Positions 35,023-43,824 are shown, counted from the first letter of the stretch. The stretch: 64,000 bases of DNA from Terriglobia bacterium (GCA_021324615.1 JAJPIT010000017.1:19021-83020); one strand, 5' to 3'. A program made the numbers and translations. Notes: generated by a model from the letters alone, not told the origin.

Positions 35023-35907
35023 TCAGCGCACAACGGCGAGCGCGCCGCCAAAGGGGAACTGCGTGCCCGGATCGGAAAACGGCACGCGCACGTAGGCCAT
35101 GGCGGCGACTTTTCCGAGCGCCGGAGAAAACGCCGCGCTCATGATTTCGGCCTGCTCGGTCTTGGCGCCCGGCGGCGGAGGTTCCTGGGTATCGATTTCC
35201 AGGCGCCGCAGCAGGCGATGAATCTTGGCCTGGCTGCGCACGCGTTCGACAATCTCCTGGCCCAGATAGCAGCCCTTCTGGAAATGCACGCCGCGCAGTT
35301 GGCCGGTTTCCTGCACCAGAAAACGCTCGCTGATCTCCTCGCCGTAGCGCGGGCGGCCGTTTTCGATGCGCACGATGCGCGCTTCCTCCGGCGTTGCGGC
35401 GTCCAGCTCCAGCGGCAGGCCGCCGGAATGAAAGATAAAAAATCCGCCGGCGCCGGTCGAATCGATGCGGGCGACGATACGGTCGCCCCACTTGAGCCAG
35501 GAGTAGGGCGCCTCAGGCAGCGGCGCGCCCGCCCGCGCCAGCGCCTGCGCCGCCCCCGGACCTTCCACCGCGGTGGTGAACAGATGTTCGGTGATGTCTT
35601 CGAGCAGAACGTCGTCGGCGATGATGTATCGCTCCAGATGCTCGAACAGTTTCCGGCGCGTTTCCGGTTCGGTGTCGATCACCAGGTGATCGTCGAAACA
35701 CAAAATATTCGCGTCGGCCAGGATGCGGCCCTGCGCGTTCAGGAAGAACGCATAGCAGCCCTGGCCGGGGCGAAGATGCTCAATATCGTTGGTGCACATG
35801 GCGTGCAGCAGGCGCGCACGATCCTCGCCGGTGGCGCGGAATTTGCCGCGCGCGGCGAGATCGATCCGCGCCGCCGTTTCGCGAAGCGCGCGGTAGCCGT
35901 TGGTCAT
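35023..35907 (-). CDS. folate-binding YgfZ/GcvT-like protein
   Basis: From the internal Met MTNGYRALRE, with the YgfZ signature KGCYLGQEIVERV near the C-terminus. An ATGA overlap links it to the upstream membrane protein gene. Confidence 0.72.
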   Translation of the reverse strand: MTNGYRALRETAARIDLAARGKFRATGEDRARLLHAMCTNDIEHLRPGQGCYAFFLNAQGRILADANILCFDDHLVIDTEPETRRKLFEHLERYIIADDVLLEDITEHLFTTAVEGPGAAQALARAGAPLPEAPYSWLKWGDRIVARIDSTGAGGFFIFHSGGLPLELDAATPEEARIVRIENGRPRYGEEISERFLVQETGQLRGVHFQKGCYLGQEIVERVRSQAKIHRLLRRLEIDTQEPPPPGAKTEQAEIMSAAFSPALGKVAAMAYVRVPFSDPGTQFPFGGALAVVR

Positions 35908-36269
35908 CGGAAATTGAGGGAAATCGCCCGCAAATATGCCGAAATCGCCACAATGGCCGCGCCGGAAATGACCACTCCGGTCAACGCTCGCGGTTTTTCC
36001 TTTCGATAGAGAATCACCGCGGCGAAAACGTGCAGCGCAAGAAGAACCTTGATTCCAAACCACAACTGATAGTGCGGCGGATAAGCCGGTTTGCTCAAGA
36101 AATTGTACAAACCGGAGGCAAGGATTCCACCGATGGCGATATAGGCCATCGGTCTAAAGCGGGCCGCAAGCTCGCCCGCGAAGAAGCGCGCGTAAAAAAC
36201 GCCGCCCAGCAGCACGATCACCGAAAAAATGTGCAGCCAGCGCGCGAAGATCGGCAAAGCCGAATCCAT
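35904..36269 (-). CDS. hypothetical 4-TM membrane protein (CopD/DUF2214-like)
   Basis: Sequence includes MDSALPIFARWLHIFSVIVLLGGVFYARFF, IAIGGILASGLYNFL and WFGIKVLLALHVFAAVILY. The ORF track starts 15 nt upstream, at 36284. Confidence 0.55.
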   Translation of the reverse strand: MDSALPIFARWLHIFSVIVLLGGVFYARFFAGELAARFRPMAYIAIGGILASGLYNFLSKPAYPPHYQLWFGIKVLLALHVFAAVILYRKEKPRALTGVVISGAAIVAISAYLRAISLNFR

Positions 36270-36291
36270 ACCCCGAGTATACAATCGAGGT

Positions 36292-36918
36292 GTGATTCAC
36301 GAGATCCTGCCAGTGGGGATGCTGCAATGCAACTGCTCGATTTTCGGAGACGAAGCCTCGGGCGAGGCGATTGTGATCGATCCGGGCGATGAGACCGGAG
36401 AAATCCTCAAAATTCTGGAGCGGCATCGGCTGCGCGTGAAGGCGGTTATCATCACTCATGCTCACATCGACCACATCGGGGGAGCGGCGAAGCTGAAGGC
36501 GGCGACGGGCGCGCCGGTTTGGATGAATGAAAACGATCAGGATCTGTACGATCAACTGGACGCGCAGGCGGCTTGGCTCGGCATGGCGCCGCCGGAGCGG
36601 ACCTCGATCGACGCGGCGGCGCGCGAAGGCGACGCGGTGAAGCTCGCCGCGGCGGAGTTTTACGTGATCGAGACTCCGGGCCACACGCAGGGGAGCATTT
36701 CGCTGTGGATTCCCGCGGAAAGGAAGCTGATCGCGGGCGACACGCTGTTCCGCGACTCGATCGGCCGCACCGATCTGCCCGGCGGCGACAGCCGGCAGAT
36801 TTTGAAGTCGATTCACCAGAAACTGCTCACGCTTCCGGAAGAGGCGGTGGTGATCCCCGGACATGGCCCGCTGACCACGATCGGGCGAGAAAAGGAACGC
36901 AATCCGTTCCTGGCCTGA
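36292..36918 (+). CDS. MBL-fold metallo-hydrolase (glyoxalase II-like)
   Basis: VIHEILPVGMLQCNCSIFGD at the N-terminus, the ITHAHIDHIGG zinc motif and TPGHTQGS. The GTG at 36292 is preferred. The ORF track starts at 36229. Confidence 0.82.
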   Translation: MIHEILPVGMLQCNCSIFGDEASGEAIVIDPGDETGEILKILERHRLRVKAVIITHAHIDHIGGAAKLKAATGAPVWMNENDQDLYDQLDAQAAWLGMAPPERTSIDAAAREGDAVKLAAAEFYVIETPGHTQGSISLWIPAERKLIAGDTLFRDSIGRTDLPGGDSRQILKSIHQKLLTLPEEAVVIPGHGPLTTIGREKERNPFLA

Positions 36919-36931
36919 GCGCCGCCAGGAT

Positions 36932-37135
36932 TTACTGCTTCTCTTCCGGATGCGCGGAGGTCTGCGCGGGCGCGGGGGCCTCGGGAGCATCCGCCGCGCT
37001 CTTCAGGGCGTCCTTGAATCCGCGGATCCCTTCGCCCAGCCCCTTGCCGAGCTCGGGAATTTTCTTTGGCCCGAACAGCAACACGCCGACCAGCAGAATG
37101 ACCAGCAGATGCATCGGTTGGAACAAGCCTTCCAT
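36932..37135 (-). CDS. tatA: twin-arginine translocase subunit TatA/E
   Basis: 67 aa: [44 protein letters not shown]. This gives a TM helix, the FG hinge and an amphipathic helix. Confidence 0.88.
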   Translation of the reverse strand: MEGLFQPMHLLVILLVGVLLFGPKKIPELGKGLGEGIRGFKDALKSAADAPEAPAPAQTSAHPEEKQ

Positions 37136-37197
37136 AGTGAACCCTACTCAAGTATGACATATGCCGCGCCCGGCGGATTTACCGGGGCAAGACGCCG

Positions 37198-38193
37198 TCA
37201 CAGATCGCTTAGAGCATAGACCAGGGCGCCTTTGGCCGTAGCGTGCAAGGGATTCTGCGCCATCCGGATCTCGGAAATGTCGGCAGGGAAGCCCTCCTCC
37301 AGCAGAATTTTTTCGAACCGGTCGCGGAAACCGGGCGGCAGCGCCGTTCCGCCGCTCAGCACCACCGGCAGCGGGCGGTGAAACTTGGGCAGATCCCGGG
37401 CGCGGGCGAAGGCTTCCTTGAGCGCGGCCACCAGCGAGCGGATCATATCGTCGTAGTAGACGCCGATCACCTGATGAATCTTGTCGGCGAAAAACCCGTT
37501 GAAATGAAACGAGTCTTCCTTGGTGAGCCGGATGCGGTTGGCGCGCTCGCCGGTCATCTGCGCCGCGCTTTGATCGATAAAATCCCCGGCCTTGGCGACG
37601 CTGAAGCTCATCACCGGCACCGAGAGATACGCCAGGCAGACGTTGCAGAGCCCGCCGCCCAGGCTGATGCCGATGCCGGTGTAGTTGGAGGATTCCAGCT
37701 CGGAATAGATCACCGCGAGGCCTTCATTGATGCTGGCCGCCTGGTAGCCAAGTTCGCCCAAAATCTGTTTCAGGGTCGCTTCGTGATAGGTCAGGCTCTC
37801 CTGCGCGCCGAGCGGAGCAGCCGGAACCGTAAAGCACAGCTTCTGCCGCTCCCCGCTGCGGGCGCCGATCATCAGCGAGATCATCTCCCGGATCATGCGC
37901 AGCCCGTCCGGCTCCCGCGGGTCGAGCACGCCTCCGGACATCGGACGGCGGATCTCGGCGTTCAAAATGCCGGCGAACTTCTCGCTCTCATTTCCATGCA
38001 CCACGATCCCGCCGGCCACCGCCGTGTGCGGGATCTTTTCCCGCTCCAGCACGTTTTCAGTGATTCTCGAACGCGGAATGCAAACGAAGGCGTTCAACTG
38101 CGACGCGAACTCGTAGTCCTCGCCCGGTTTTCGCGCCACCACGATGCGGCTGGTGCCGACGTCCAGGCCAATCGCATCCGAGTGCTTCGACAT
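37198..38193 (-). CDS. actin-like ATPase of the ASKHA superfamily (MreB/MamK-like), orphan
   Basis: Phosphate-1 is AIGLDVGTSRIVV. An MreB-like segment reads IRRPMSGGVLDPREPDGLRMIREMI. Phosphate-2 is IGISLGGGLCNV and the adenosine motif is VVLSGGTALPPGF. AAGGAGG is embedded in the last codons of the upstream gene, 10 nt before the ATG. Confidence 0.7.
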   Translation of the reverse strand: MSKHSDAIGLDVGTSRIVVARKPGEDYEFASQLNAFVCIPRSRITENVLEREKIPHTAVAGGIVVHGNESEKFAGILNAEIRRPMSGGVLDPREPDGLRMIREMISLMIGARSGERQKLCFTVPAAPLGAQESLTYHEATLKQILGELGYQAASINEGLAVIYSELESSNYTGIGISLGGGLCNVCLAYLSVPVMSFSVAKAGDFIDQSAAQMTGERANRIRLTKEDSFHFNGFFADKIHQVIGVYYDDMIRSLVAALKEAFARARDLPKFHRPLPVVLSGGTALPPGFRDRFEKILLEEGFPADISEIRMAQNPLHATAKGALVYALSDL

Positions 38194-38196
38194 GAT

Positions 38197-39354
38197 TCAA
38201 TTCCCTCCTTCGTTCTGTTTCAGCTCTGCTTCGATGTCTCTATAGCGATGCCGCAGCATCGCCCGATACTGAGCCGCCGGAGTATTTTGCGCCGCGGCCT
38301 GTCTTTCGATCTGGGCCCGCGCCAGAGCCACGCCGCCGAAATTCATGCCCAAGGCGCGCTCGTAGGCCGGATCGGCTTCGAAGCCGAAGGCGTAGATGCT
38401 GGGCAGCGGGATGGAGTAGTTGTCCGGCAGCCCCAGTTTGGCGAACGGAAAGTCCCCGGCCCAATCGGTGTGCGCGCCGACCTTCATGTTGAGCGGATTC
38501 ACCGAGACCTGCGCGTGCGTCACACAGTTCTCTGCCGGGATGCGGTAGCGGAAGCGCAGCGCTTCGGTCAGCACTTTCGCCGCCTGAATCTGCGCCGGCG
38601 TCACCGCCTCCGCCGCCCCGGTCTGCGCCTCCAGAGCCACTCCCAAAAAACTGTCGTTCAAATTGACGTAAATCTCCTCGCCGTCGGCCCAGATCGAATT
38701 TCCGGCGTGATTGGCCGCGTCCGTTTCGGCCACCACCGCGTAGACGCGCCCGAACCGGTCGATCACAAAATGATAGGCGCGCTCGGAGCGGACGACTTCC
38801 AGCAGATTCCGCCCCAGCCGCTGCAGCCTGCGATTCTGATCTTCTTCAAACGGCGGCACCAGGCTCTCGGTGGTGTGATAGACGATTCCCACCGGCGCAC
38901 CGCCATATCTCCAGGGAACCGGAGAGCCGGCAAGCGAGTAGACCGGGAAGCGGGCGCGCGGGCGGTTCGCGGTCAGAAACGTCCGGTCCACGCGCAAGCC
39001 GTTGCTGTAAACTTCCTCGGCTTCGGTCTTCTCGATGAGCCAGACCTGCGGCGGCATCGAGGGAGCTGCGCCGGCCGCGCGCGGAACGGCGAGCCCGCGC
39101 TCCCGCTCCATCGTCTCGGCCGATCCGCTCGGCAACCGCGCGGCGGCAACCGCGATCATTAACGGCACGGCGATAAGTCCCCAGCCGTGGAAACCGCGGC
39201 GCTTGGTTTGAAGCATGCGCCGCCGCAGATAGCGGAGCCGCTTTACCGGATCGGCGATGCGCCCGGCCCGCCACTCGATCCGCACCGCTTCGCCGAAGCT
39301 GGGGAAATCCGCCAATCGACTCCACCGCCCCGGGAAATTAGTGGCGTTCCGCAC
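38197..39354 (-). CDS. N-acetylmuramoyl-L-alanine amidase (Amidase_2/PGRP fold) with a twin-arginine-like signal or signal-anchor
   Basis: Amidase_2 motifs are IVYHTTES, AYHFVIDRFGRVYAVV, ANHAGNS and CVTHAQVS. The N-terminus has TKRRGFHGWGLIAVPLMIAVAAARLPSGSA. GGAGAG lies 6 nt before the GTG at 39354. An alternative ATG at 39216 would start at MLQTKRRGF. Confidence 0.78.
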   Translation of the reverse strand: MRNATNFPGRWSRLADFPSFGEAVRIEWRAGRIADPVKRLRYLRRRMLQTKRRGFHGWGLIAVPLMIAVAAARLPSGSAETMERERGLAVPRAAGAAPSMPPQVWLIEKTEAEEVYSNGLRVDRTFLTANRPRARFPVYSLAGSPVPWRYGGAPVGIVYHTTESLVPPFEEDQNRRLQRLGRNLLEVVRSERAYHFVIDRFGRVYAVVAETDAANHAGNSIWADGEEIYVNLNDSFLGVALEAQTGAAEAVTPAQIQAAKVLTEALRFRYRIPAENCVTHAQVSVNPLNMKVGAHTDWAGDFPFAKLGLPDNYSIPLPSIYAFGFEADPAYERALGMNFGGVALARAQIERQAAAQNTPAAQYRAMLRHRYRDIEAELKQNEGGN

Positions 39355-39506
39355 CGAAATCTCTCCACAGGAAGGGATCGGCCAGGACAGGGAAAAACCT
39401 TAGGCCTGCGTAGTCCGGCAGGGACTGAAATACATCGTTGAACGGAGACAAAAGACGGTGGATTCACGCAAGCCGCAGTACGCTGCTCACGATTTGCGCC
39501 AAAACC

Positions 39507-39514
39507 GCCGATAA
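39507..39514 (+). promoter_or_regulatory. isolated perfect sigma28-type -10 octamer (GCCGATAA)
   Basis: It lies 9 nt before the GTG at 39524. There is no TAAA-like -35 at the expected N15 spacing (CACG is found instead). Confidence 0.2.
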
Positions 39515-39523
39515 ATAAATGGC

Positions 39524-40036
39524 GTGATGACGTCCATCAGCTTCGAGGTGGGAGCGGTCTTTCTGCTGGCTGCCATGCTGCTTTATGGGTCACTCAGCGG
39601 CTTTCTTCCCCGGGCGTTGCACGCCGGAAAGGCGGCGCCGATAGGCATCGGCTGCTGTTTACTCGCCTACGCTTTGTACCGGACCGTTCCCGAGCTGCCA
39701 AACCTGTGGCGAGACGCCGACAGCAGGCCGGCTCCGCAAATTTCCAGCCCGGGGCCGGCAATCCCGCCCGCCGCCGGCCCGAAACGAGGCCGGGCGGCGG
39801 CTCCAACAACCCCACGCCAGCAGTCCTGGAAAACGACCACGGTCGGCGATTCGATTCCGCCCCCGCAGCCGGCTGCGGAACCCGCCGATCCGTCCGCCGA
39901 TCCGTCCCCGGTTCCGCCGGCGCCCTCCTCCAGCGAGCCTGCCTCGCCGGACGATCCCTACGACAGCGGCATAAAACGCGGGATCAAGCGCGTCGGCCGG
40001 TTTCTGCACATCGGCGGCAAGAACAACCGCCCCTAG
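39524..40036 (+). CDS. hypothetical membrane protein with a Pro-rich C-terminal tail
   Basis: Two TM segments (VGAVFLLAAMLLYGSLSGFL, IGIGCCLLAYALY) are followed by low-complexity P/A/S-rich sequence. Confidence 0.45.
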   Translation: MMTSISFEVGAVFLLAAMLLYGSLSGFLPRALHAGKAAPIGIGCCLLAYALYRTVPELPNLWRDADSRPAPQISSPGPAIPPAAGPKRGRAAAPTTPRQQSWKTTTVGDSIPPPQPAAEPADPSADPSPVPPAPSSSEPASPDDPYDSGIKRGIKRVGRFLHIGGKNNRP

Positions 40037-40046
40037 AGGGCTCGCG

Positions 40047-40667
40047 TCAGTACTTCCGCAAAACCGCCAGCACCTTCCCCTGAATGCGGACGGATTGTTT
40101 GGGAACAAAAATCGGCTGCATGGCGGAGTTGGCCGGCTGCAAGCGCACGCGATCGCCTTCTTCGTTGTAGAAGCGCTTGAGGGTGGTCTCAACACCGTCC
40201 ACCAGCGCCACCACGATATCCCCATCGCGGGCCTCGCCGGATTTTTGCACCAGCACGTAATCCCCGTCGCAGATGTGATCCTCGATCATCGATTCACCGC
40301 GGACCTGCAACGCGTAGGTGCCTGGGTCGCCCGCAAAATCGGCGAAACTGAGCGTGTCCTGCCCGGCGATGGCCTCCACCGGCGAACCGGCCGCGATTCG
40401 CCCCAGCAGCGGAACCTCCGCCGCGGGCGGCCGGTGCTGGCGCATCTCCTCGTAATACTTCGGCGCCAATTCAAGCGACCGGCTCTGATTGAACCCTCGC
40501 TTGAGATAATGTTTTCCCTCCAGCGCCAGAATGTGCTTGTGCACGGTTGCGAGCGAAGCCAGATTGAGCCCTTCGGCGATTTCCTCATAGCTCGGGCTGT
40601 AGCCGTGCTTTTCAAGAAAGCCGGCCAGAAACTCCAGAAACTCCTTTTGCCGTTTCGTGAGTGCCAT
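40047..40667 (-). CDS. lexA: LexA repressor
   Basis: N-terminal wHTH (LTKRQKEFLEFLAGFLEKHGYSPSYEEIAEGL). The cleavage-site region is PLLGRIAAGSPVEA. The S24 peptidase domain carries VRGESMI and VALVDGVETTLKRF. Confidence 0.9.
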   Translation of the reverse strand: MALTKRQKEFLEFLAGFLEKHGYSPSYEEIAEGLNLASLATVHKHILALEGKHYLKRGFNQSRSLELAPKYYEEMRQHRPPAAEVPLLGRIAAGSPVEAIAGQDTLSFADFAGDPGTYALQVRGESMIEDHICDGDYVLVQKSGEARDGDIVVALVDGVETTLKRFYNEEGDRVRLQPANSAMQPIFVPKQSVRIQGKVLAVLRKY

Positions 40668-40744
40668 GAAGATATTTTAGGCGAAGAAAAGGGGAATTTC
40701 AAGGGATGACCCATCCTCCGCTCAAGGCGCGCCCGCCGCAGGAA

Positions 40745-41074
40745 TTACCTGCCGCCGGCCGGATGCGGAGCGGGTTCAGGCAAGCGCAGCGGATCGTTGG
40801 GCATGATGATCCAGGCAACGATGTAGGCGATCGCGCCGAGCCCGCCCGAGCAGATCGCGAGAACCACCCAGATCAACCGGATTAGCGTCACGTCGACGCC
40901 GAGGTAACGCGCAAAGCCCGCGCACACGCCGCCGATCTTGCGGTCCTCGCGCGGCCGGCTCAGTTTGGGATAGGCCACTGGCGGGGGATAGGCGTTGGCG
41001 CCGACCGGCGCGCCGCATTGTGAGCAGAATTTCGCGGCATCGTCGTGGGAGACGCCGCAGCGGGTGCAAAACAT
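40745..41074 (-). CDS. PspC-domain membrane protein with an N-terminal zinc ribbon
   Basis: From the internal Met: MFCTRCGVSHDDAAKFCSQCGAPV (CxxC-x11-CxxC). The PspC motif follows: RPREDRKIGGVCAGFARYLGVDVTLIRLIWVVL. Confidence 0.72.
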   Translation of the reverse strand: MFCTRCGVSHDDAAKFCSQCGAPVGANAYPPPVAYPKLSRPREDRKIGGVCAGFARYLGVDVTLIRLIWVVLAICSGGLGAIAYIVAWIIMPNDPLRLPEPAPHPAGGR

Positions 41075-41186
41075 GAACGACCTCTCATGGTTGCTTACGT
41101 CTGGCGGACGGCTTTGGTTCCCGAATGCAAAGCGGAAACATTGCCGGCCATGGCGGATCAAACTCGGCAGGGCCTATTCTAGTAAC

Positions 41187-43016
41187 GTGAGATTGGGACG
41201 GGACGCGGCGCTTGTTTTCACGTTTTTGGCGATGGCTCCCGCCGCTCCCTCGCCGGTTACGCCGCAAGCGATCCTGGCGCATCTGGAGCGCGTCATTGCT
41301 TGGTATCGCGAAATCAGCGCGGTTTCGCCGCCTGCTGTCGACGTGCTGATCAGCGACGGCCTGCGGGAGGTGTCGTACAAGGCCGTGCAGCTTGCCTTCC
41401 GCTTCGGGCGCGCGGAGGCGGCGCTTTTGGGTGGCGATACCAACTCGCCGAAGGGCGCCGGCACGTTGCAGCAGGCCGCGCAGAGAGCCGCCGAGCGGGT
41501 GGCCGCCGTGCAGGCGCGGATCGCGCAGATCGACGCCGATCTGCCCAGGGCCGTGGGCAAGCGGCGCCAGACGCTGGAGGCCCAGAAGAACGAGGCCGGC
41601 GCCGAACTGGCGCTGGCCAGAGAGATTCAGACGACGGTTCAGAATCTGGTGAACTTCACCGGCTCGCTCGGCTCCGATAGCGGTGCGCTGGCCGGTCAGA
41701 TCAGCGAGCTGGAGCGGTCCGTTCCCGAGGTTCAGAGCGGCAAGGCGCCGCCGGCCCCGGCCGGCAACAGACCCGCTTCGCAAGTCAACGCCTTTTCTCC
41801 GGAGTCGGCCGGCGTGGTTGGGCTGGCCAGCGAACTCCTGAGCAACCACAGCAACCGGGCTCATCTGGTGTCGCTGCGCAACGACACGCGGGAGCTGGCG
41901 GCGGGCATCGACCGGCTGAAAGAGCCGCTGATCAGCCAGGCGCGCGAAGCCACCCAGCGCAGCGATCAGATCGCGAGCCGGAGCAGCACCGGAGACGCCG
42001 CCGAGCTGGCGGCGGCGCAGAAGGAGCTGAGCAGTCTGGCCGGGCAATTCAAGCAGCTTTCCACCGCCATCGTCCCGCTGGGAGAGGAAGGCATCGCCGT
42101 GGGCACGGCGGAAAGCTATCTGGACGAATCGATCGCGCGGATCGATCAGGAATCCTCGCGCACCGGCCGGTATCTGCTGATGAAGGCTGTGACGCTGGCG
42201 GTGGTGATCGCCGTGGTGCTGTTCATCAGCGAGATGTGGCGCCGCGCCACCTTCCGCTACGTGCGCGACGCGCGGCGGCGGCGGCAATTTCTGCTGCTGC
42301 GGCGGGTGGCGGTCTCAGTGGCGGTGATGCTGGCGGTGGTGTTCTGGTTCGTCAGCGAACTCGGCTCCCTTGCCACCTACGCGGGCTTTGTCACCGCCGG
42401 CGTCGCCGTAGCGCTGCAAAGCCCCATCCTGTCGGTGGTCGCCTATTTTTTCCTGATCGGCCGCTATGGAATCCGCGTCGGCGACCGGGTGACCATTTCC
42501 GGCGTAACCGGCGAGGTGATCGAGATCGGCCTGGTCCGGATCTACCTGGCGGAGCTGGCGGGCGCCGGACCCGATCTTCATCCGACCGGGCGCGTGGTGG
42601 TGTTTTCCAACTCGGTGATTTTCCAGCCGACCTCGGCGTTATACAAACAGATGCCCGGCATCGATTACGTCTGGCACACCGCGGCGCTGATTCTCAGCCC
42701 GGACAGCGATTTCCAGCTCGCCGAAAAAACCCTGAACGCGGCCGTCGATGGCTTCTTCGCGCAATACCGCGACGCCATCGAGCGGCAGTATCGCAGCCTG
42801 GAGCAGTCCGTGGATATGCACATCGCCCCGCCCAAGCCGGAGAGCCGTCTGCGTTTCACCGACGCCGGCCTGCAATACACAGTTCGCTATCCCGCCGAGC
42901 TTTCCCGCGCGGTGGAGATGGACACCGAGCTGCTGCGGACGCTTCACCACGCGGTGATGAAGGAGCCCAAGCTCAAATTCGCGCCGGAAGGCGTCCCCAA
43001 ATTGGAGGCGGCCTGA
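41187..43016 (+). CDS. MscS-family mechanosensitive channel with a long N-terminal coiled-coil/periplasmic region
   Basis: The C-terminal region GVAVALQSPILSVVAYFFLIGRYGIRVGDRVTISGVTGEVIEIGLVRIYLAE is the MscS TM3 plus beta-domain signature. The start is uncertain: GTG 41187 or ATG 41232. The ORF-track start at 40995 overlaps the PspC gene. Confidence 0.75.
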   Translation: MRLGRDAALVFTFLAMAPAAPSPVTPQAILAHLERVIAWYREISAVSPPAVDVLISDGLREVSYKAVQLAFRFGRAEAALLGGDTNSPKGAGTLQQAAQRAAERVAAVQARIAQIDADLPRAVGKRRQTLEAQKNEAGAELALAREIQTTVQNLVNFTGSLGSDSGALAGQISELERSVPEVQSGKAPPAPAGNRPASQVNAFSPESAGVVGLASELLSNHSNRAHLVSLRNDTRELAAGIDRLKEPLISQAREATQRSDQIASRSSTGDAAELAAAQKELSSLAGQFKQLSTAIVPLGEEGIAVGTAESYLDESIARIDQESSRTGRYLLMKAVTLAVVIAVVLFISEMWRRATFRYVRDARRRRQFLLLRRVAVSVAVMLAVVFWFVSELGSLATYAGFVTAGVAVALQSPILSVVAYFFLIGRYGIRVGDRVTISGVTGEVIEIGLVRIYLAELAGAGPDLHPTGRVVVFSNSVIFQPTSALYKQMPGIDYVWHTAALILSPDSDFQLAEKTLNAAVDGFFAQYRDAIERQYRSLEQSVDMHIAPPKPESRLRFTDAGLQYTVRYPAELSRAVEMDTELLRTLHHAVMKEPKLKFAPEGVPKLEAA

Positions 43017-43019
43017 GCG

Positions 43020-43799
43020 TCAGGACAACGCCGAATCCGCGGTGAAGATCAGGCTGGAGCAGGTGACCCCGGCTTCGGCTTTCTGCAACTCGGAGAGATC
43101 GAGAGCAATGACCTCGAATCCCGCCTTTTCGAGCATCCGGCGCGTTTTCGGAAACGACGCCGGCAGGATAATTTTTCCGCCGGCTTCGAGCACGTTTGCC
43201 GCGCTTGGCTCGTCTTCGGCCACATCGAACAACTCCAGCCTGGCGAAGGGCTGCATGTCGATGAGCTTGCGATTGACGAGGACGGCGTCCCCGCCCAGCG
43301 GGCAGATGGCGGATTTCAGGTGCAAGCATCCGCCAACGGCGGCTGGAACCACGCGGTAGCCGAACCGTTCCGTGGCTTGCGCCAGTTGCCGCGCCCCTTC
43401 CGGATTGGTGCGCCGGGAAATTCCGCAATACAGGGTCTTGCCGATGCGCATCACGTCGCCGCCTTCGATGGTGGCCGGTTCGCGGATCCACTCCAGGGGG
43501 CGATACGCCGCCAGCGCCGCCGCGATCGACTCCGCCTCGCCGCGGCGCGATACGGCGCCCATCCGGCATATCACGGCGATCTCGTCGAGCACCACCGCCG
43601 GGTCCTCGACGAACAAACCGTCGGGGAAGGCGGGATCGGGGGCAAGCGAGATGACGCTGAATCCCAACCGCCGCAGGCATTCCTCGTAGGCCAGGTGCTG
43701 CGCGGCGGCCCGGGCCGCGTCGATCGGAGTTCTCGCCAGAAACTCCAGCTCGCAGCGGGTGATGGAATCGCTCACCCGGCGCGTGATCGCGGTCCACAT
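43020..43799 (-). CDS. dimethylarginine dimethylaminohydrolase-like amidinotransferase-fold enzyme
   Basis: 259 aa. The N-terminus MWTAITRRVSDSITRCELEF and FPDGLFVEDPAVV are present. The C-terminal GVTCSSLIF carries the catalytic Cys typical of the DDAH/ADI superfamily. Confidence 0.7.
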   Translation of the reverse strand: MWTAITRRVSDSITRCELEFLARTPIDAARAAAQHLAYEECLRRLGFSVISLAPDPAFPDGLFVEDPAVVLDEIAVICRMGAVSRRGEAESIAAALAAYRPLEWIREPATIEGGDVMRIGKTLYCGISRRTNPEGARQLAQATERFGYRVVPAAVGGCLHLKSAICPLGGDAVLVNRKLIDMQPFARLELFDVAEDEPSAANVLEAGGKIILPASFPKTRRMLEKAGFEVIALDLSELQKAEAGVTCSSLIFTADSALS

Positions 43800-43808
43800 A
43801 ACAGTGTT

Positions 43809-43824
43809 TTGTTATATATTACAG
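43809..43824. promoter_or_regulatory. AT-rich 16-bp near-palindrome (TTGT-TATATATT-ACAG) filling the 33-bp divergent spacer
   Basis: It lies between the DDAH-like ATG (43799, minus) and the response-regulator GTG (43833, plus). It also contains TATATT/TATAAC -10-like hexamers for both directions. Confidence 0.35.

Noticed and set aside
13494-36282. Possible enrichment of the GTATAC hexamer (13494, 31994, 32009, 36277) as a shared regulatory word.
   Set aside because: A rough expectation for a GC-rich 64-kb window is a handful of copies, so four is not an enrichment. Their promoter-proximal positions are better explained by -10-box-like TATAC(T/A) sequences.
39507-39514. A perfect GCCGATAA octamer as evidence for a FliA promoter of the Pro-rich membrane protein gene.
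   Set aside because: It is kept only as a low-confidence feature. No TAAA-like -35 lies at N15 or N16 (CACG/TCAC are found). One or two chance occurrences of an 8-mer are expected in 128 kb of two-strand sequence.
43809-43824. Interpreting TTGT-N8-ACAG as a LexA (E. coli-type SOS) box because lexA is 3 kb away.
   Set aside because: The CTGT-N8-ACAG operator belongs to beta/gammaproteobacterial LexA. Neither lexA nor dinB in this window carries anything similar. The element is more simply the operator and promoter core of the adjacent two-component regulator.
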